In this document: in pieces, positions 60,140 to 64,000 of the stretch | Numbering within the stretch: position 1 is the stretch's first letter | How the letters are laid out: every line of letters begins with the position of its first letter | Origin: Collinsella sp. | Lineage (GTDB): Bacteria > Actinomycetota > Coriobacteriia > Coriobacteriales > Coriobacteriaceae | Length of the DNA stretch: 64,000 nucleotides | Assembly: GCA_048318985.1 (NCBI GenBank) | Contig: DBFEBE010000082.1 | Coordinates: forward strand, 3,330 to 67,329 | Direction of reading: 5' to 3' | Notes under the pieces: generated by a model | Told to the model about the DNA's origin: nothing | Databases searched by the model: none | The model's input: only the letters and a program-made list of their open reading frames with translations | Made by a program: the position numbers and the translations under genes

Positions 60140-61201
60140 TTACTCGGCGGTGGCGAAGCCGTCGGGGTTCTTGGACTGCCAGTTCCAGGAATCGCGGCAC
60201 ATGTCCTCGATGTCGAACTCGGCCTTCCAGCCCATCTCGCGCTCGGCCTTGGAGGCGTCGCCGTACACGGCGGCCACGTCGCCGCCGCGGCGCGGGCAGA
60301 TCTTGTAGGGAAGGTCGCGCCCGCAGGCGGCGGAGAACGCGCGGACGACCTCGAGCACCGAGGTGCCCTGGCCGGTTCCGAGGTTGAAGACCTCCACGCC
60401 CTCGCGGCCGTTCATCCAGTCGAGCGCGGAGACATGGCCGCGAGCGAGGTCGACGACGTGGATGTAGTCGCGCACGCCGGTGCCGTCGGGGGTGTCGTAG
60501 TCGTCTCCGAAGACCTGCACGGCCTCGAGCTTGCCCACGGCCACCTGCGCGACGTAGGGGACGAGGTTGTTGGGGATGCCCTTGGGGTCCTCGCCGATGA
60601 GGCCGCTCTTGTGGGCGCCGATGGGGTTGAAGTAGCGGAGCAGCACGACGTTCCACTCGGGGTCGGCGGTGTTAAGGTCGGTGAGCATCTCCTCGATCAT
60701 CCACTTGGTCCAGCCGTAGGGGTTGGTGGCGGGCTTCTTGGGGTCGCACTCGCGCACCGGCAGGTGGTCCGGGTCGCCGTACACCGTGGCGGAGCTGGAG
60801 AAGATGATGGACTTGCAGCCGTGCTGGCGCATGACGTCGACGAGGACCAGCGTGCTCTCGATGTTGTTGTGGTAGTACTCGATGGGCTTCCGCACGGACT
60901 CGCCGACGGCCTTGAAGCCGGCGAAGTGGATGACGCGGTCGATGCGGTGGGCGTCGAAGATGCGGTTCATCGCATCGCGGTCGAGCACGTTCGCCTCGTA
61001 GAAGGTGAGGTTGGCCGCGGCGTCGTCACCGACGATGGTCTTGATGCGGTCGATGGCGATCTCGCTGGAATTGGAGAGGTCGTCCACGATGACGACCTGG
61101 TAGTTGCGCTCGAGGAGCTCGACGACGGTGTGGGAGCCGATGAAGCCGGCGCCGCCCGTGACGAGGACGCAGGTATCCTGGGGTGCGAGTTTGCTGGACA
61201 T
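60140..61201 (-). CDS. galE: UDP-glucose 4-epimerase
   Basis: VTGGAGFIGSH, HFAGFKAVGES, SSSATVYG, YGWTK, LRYFNPIGAH, GVRDYIHV. Confidence 0.96.
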   Translation of the reverse strand: MSSKLAPQDTCVLVTGGAGFIGSHTVVELLERNYQVVIVDDLSNSSEIAIDRIKTIVGDDAAANLTFYEANVLDRDAMNRIFDAHRIDRVIHFAGFKAVGESVRKPIEYYHNNIESTLVLVDVMRQHGCKSIIFSSSATVYGDPDHLPVRECDPKKPATNPYGWTKWMIEEMLTDLNTADPEWNVVLLRYFNPIGAHKSGLIGEDPKGIPNNLVPYVAQVAVGKLEAVQVFGDDYDTPDGTGVRDYIHVVDLARGHVSALDWMNGREGVEVFNLGTGQGTSVLEVVRAFSAACGRDLPYKICPRRGGDVAAVYGDASKAEREMGWKAEFDIEDMCRDSWNWQSKNPDGFATAE

Positions 61202-61501
61202 TGAGTCTCCTTTCGGCGCGCGGGGATGGTGCGCGCATGTCGAGAGGAAGTATAGCCTACGGGGCATGCGGCCCTGGCTCCAGGGCCCCGCGGGCAACGG
61301 GTGTCAACAAAGCCCGCACAACGCGGTGGGTCGGCGGGTCGATCGAGATCCGGATGCGTCCGGCTCGCGGCGCTTGGTGCCGGCAACCGGAGGCGCGCCG
61401 TGCCCTCGCCGCGAGAGTGGGGGGGTGGGGCACCGGTTGCGCTCCGGCGCGTTCGCGCCGGAGAAGGCCCCCTGCCCGCGCAGCCGGCGCTCGGGCGTTT
61501 C

Positions 61502-62689
61502 TTACCCTTCCAGATTGATACCCTTGGCCCAGCCCCAGCGCGGTGTAGACGTGATGCCGTAGTAGGCGATCCATGAGTCCACGCTGATGCTGCGGATGTA
61601 GCCGATGTTGTCCATGACCGTGTTGTCGCCCACGTAGATGCCCACATGGCCGTAGATACGGCCCGCGGAGGTGTGGGGGTGCGACGGCACGGCGATGATC
61701 ATGCCCACCTTGAGGTTGGCCTTGTTGGAGCTTGTGCAGTAGTTGGCGTACATGTCATCGGCGTTGCCCGGCACGCTGCCGAATCCGGCGCGCTCGAAGA
61801 CGTCGGCCACCCACCAGGCGCAGAGGCCCACGCCAGGGGAGGGAGTGGTCTTGGCCACCTGGACGATACGCTGCTGCGCGGTGCCGGCGGCGATGGAGTC
61901 CTGCCCGCTGCCGGGGATGTAGGTGGCGCCGCCGCTGGAGGCCTGCTTGCGCGCCTCCTCCTCGGCCTGGGCGGCGGCGAGGATCTCGGCGTCGCGCTTG
62001 GAGATGAGCTGCTGGACCTCGGAGTTGAGGCCGTCGAGCAGCGTCTGGACCTCGTCTTTTTTCGCCTTCATGTTGGAAAGCTGCTCGGTTTGGTCGCTCT
62101 TGAGCGCCTCGAGCTCGCTCTTCTGCTGCTCGAGTTCGGCCTTCTGCGCTTCGAGCTCGTCCCGGATCGCATGGATGTCCGCGATGGCGGACTTGTCCCG
62201 CGCGTTGACCTTCTCGATGTAGTAGACGTTCGAGATGAGCTCATCGAACGACGCGGATGAGAGCAGCAACGAGAGCGCGGAGTTGCCGCCGGATTTGTAG
62301 CTGGTGCTGACGCGATCGGCGAGCACCTCCTGCTTGGCTTCGAGCTTCTCGAGGTTCTCGTCGATCTGGGCCTGGGTATCATCGATGTCGCCCTGTACGT
62401 TCTCGATGGCTCCCATGGTCTCGTCGAGTTGACGGGAAAGGGTCTCGAACTCCGCGGAGAGGGCGTCAAGCTCGCTTTGCGCCTGGTTGAACTGCGCCTG
62501 CGCATTGGCGAGGGCGTCGGTGGTCTCCTTGCTCGCTTCTGCGGCGCGGGCCAGACGGGGCGATCCCAGGAGGGTCACGGCACCGGCGATGCCGATGAGG
62601 GCCTTGAGCGCGTCGCGGCGCGAGACGGCGGCCGGGCGGCAGGCGCCTGCGTCGCCGGAGGTATCGGTGGAAGTGACAAGCTGTGACAT
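61502..62689 (-). CDS. PcsB/CwlO-like coiled-coil peptidoglycan hydrolase with C-terminal CHAP-like domain
   Basis: SRRDALK twin-Arg-like signal, long coiled coil with LLSSASFDELIS, C-terminal CAWWV...GNADDMY...YGHVGIY. Confidence 0.85.
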   Translation of the reverse strand: MSQLVTSTDTSGDAGACRPAAVSRRDALKALIGIAGAVTLLGSPRLARAAEASKETTDALANAQAQFNQAQSELDALSAEFETLSRQLDETMGAIENVQGDIDDTQAQIDENLEKLEAKQEVLADRVSTSYKSGGNSALSLLLSSASFDELISNVYYIEKVNARDKSAIADIHAIRDELEAQKAELEQQKSELEALKSDQTEQLSNMKAKKDEVQTLLDGLNSEVQQLISKRDAEILAAAQAEEEARKQASSGGATYIPGSGQDSIAAGTAQQRIVQVAKTTPSPGVGLCAWWVADVFERAGFGSVPGNADDMYANYCTSSNKANLKVGMIIAVPSHPHTSAGRIYGHVGIYVGDNTVMDNIGYIRSISVDSWIAYYGITSTPRWGWAKGINLEG

Positions 62690-63048
62690 ATGGGCTCCAG
62701 TTAGTGTGTATATATGTCCTGCAACGTCGAGTATCAAGGATACCGTAGATTGGTCAGACGCGCCTGTCGGCTGCCGCGCTCCATATTTTGACGAAGGGGA
62801 TGAGCCTGCATTTCCAGGACCCGCGGCTATGGGGATGGGTGAGGGCCGCGCGCGGCGCGACTGCGGTATCGCTCGCGCGCGGCAACCGCGCCCGGTGCCG
62901 AAGTCGGACAACGCGCGCCGGAGCCAGCCGGCTCGAATGCGGTGCAGAGACGTCCCCCGCTCGTGCCAACGGGTCCGATTGGGTACTTTTGGGCCGACGC
63001 AGAGCGCCTGACGGCGTGAAAGTGGGTTATAAAAAAACGCACAAGGCC

Positions 63049-63244
63049 GAAGGTGGCACAGAATGACGTCGAGTCGGTACTAGCATGGGTTAAAAAATAA
63101 GCACATCCAGCCGTCTTCAAGGATGATGGGGCGCGTTGGGCGCTCGTTGTACGACAAACGTTGCTTAACGTGCAGGGAAGCAATGTATGCCTATAAATAC
63201 AAACCCACCATGGTACCGACTCGACGTCATTTCGTGCCACCTTC
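63049..63244. repeat. 196-bp non-coding element bounded by 34-bp inverted repeats
   Basis: 63049-63082 versus reverse complement of 63211-63244: 31/34. Confidence 0.8.
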
Positions 63245-63393
63245 ACGTTCATGCATATATAAGAGACCCACTAATTGACGTCTGCAAGCCCGATCGCAGC
63301 GAGATGACCGCGTGAACGTGCGGGGCGCATCGTCTCCCATGGGTGCATCGGCCCCCTCGCGGTGGAGGTTGCGCCTCCGCACCATGCGGTTCC

Positions 63394-64000
63394 CTAGAGC
63401 AGGATGCGCACCGCGGCCAAGGCGATAAGGTAGCCGATGCAGCAGAGTCCCAGCACGCCGTCGAGGCGCGGGTCAAAGTGCATAGCGTGCAGATGGGTGC
63501 GTCCCTCACCGCCCGTATAGCAGCGGGCGTCCATCGCGCGACCGAGGGTGTCGGCGTGGCGTACGGCTGCGGCGAACAGCGGAACGGCGACGGGCAGGCA
63601 AGCGCGGGCGCGGGCCAGCGCGCCCTTGCGTTCGAGGTCGGCCCCGCGCGCGGTCTGGGCGGCGATGATCGTCGCCGCGTCGCGCTGGAGCGTGGGCACG
63701 AAACGCAGGGCAATGGTGAGAACGAGGGCCGCCTGGCTCACGGGAACCCCGATGCGCTCGAGCGGGGACATGAGGCGTGCGGCGGCGTCGGCGAGCTCGA
63801 CGTGCGTGGTGCAGGCGAGCAGCAGGCCGCCTGCGCAGACCAGAAGCAGGAAGCGGACGGTGTAGAGCGCGGCCGCCGCGATTCCATCGGCATGGATCTT
63901 CAGGGGACCGAGGGCGAAGACGGGATCCCCGGTCTGAACCAGGAAGAGGTTCACGAGCGAGGTGATCAGCAGGAAGAGCGCGATGGGCTTGAGGCTGCCG
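63394..64000 (-). CDS. ecfT: ECF transporter transmembrane component T (5' end off the window)
   Basis: IALRFVPTL, QTARG and AMDARCY (two ARG-type motifs); frame stays open to the window end. Confidence 0.9.
   Translation of the reverse strand, partial: GSLKPIALFLLITSLVNLFLVQTGDPVFALGPLKIHADGIAAAALYTVRFLLLVCAGGLLLACTTHVELADAAARLMSPLERIGVPVSQAALVLTIALRFVPTLQRDAATIIAAQTARGADLERKGALARARACLPVAVPLFAAAVRHADTLGRAMDARCYTGGEGRTHLHAMHFDPRLDGVLGLCCIGYLIALAAVRILL

Noticed and set aside
62690..63393. Possible c-di-AMP (ydaO) riboswitch upstream of the cell-wall hydrolase
   Set aside because: Conserved ydaO segments (GCTGAA, GGGGxxCC, CCCGxCAGCTAAC) were not found on the minus strand by eye; an Infernal scan would settle it.

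Overview
A high-GC chromosomal window. Gene content and sequence style suggest a gut Coriobacteriia (Collinsella/Enorma-like); this is an inference, not a database result. From left to right: a partial LacI regulator divergent from an L-arabinose locus (sugar ABC transporter, araA, FGGY ribulokinase, araD); a small unknown ORF; a MarR plus heterodimeric ABC exporter; a second LacI and phosphoketolase (xfp); three sortase-anchored surface enzymes (GH20, GH84, C1A peptidase); a complete his pathway with an in-frame HisZ-HisG fusion and a convergent PHP histidinol phosphatase; ArsC/Spx, larB-larC, YfcE, mazG, a TetR/HsmA module, divIC and ppx; two tRNA-Leu genes flanking orphan PTS-IIB/VOC genes; a membrane protein-Ser/Thr kinase-FHA operon; polyprenyl synthase, galE, a coiled-coil CHAP hydrolase and partial ecfT. 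No transposase, integrase, prophage or CRISPR array was seen. The most notable unexplained signals are three gene-free intergenic elements of about 200-225 bp bounded by 33-39 bp inverted repeats (two with related arms), a dispersed GGGGACAGGCAC-type repeat, a shared LacI-type operator linking ara, xfp and the unknown ORF, the HisZG fusion, and the kinase-FHA module with degenerate motifs and an apparent frameshift. All calls come from motif recognition by eye.
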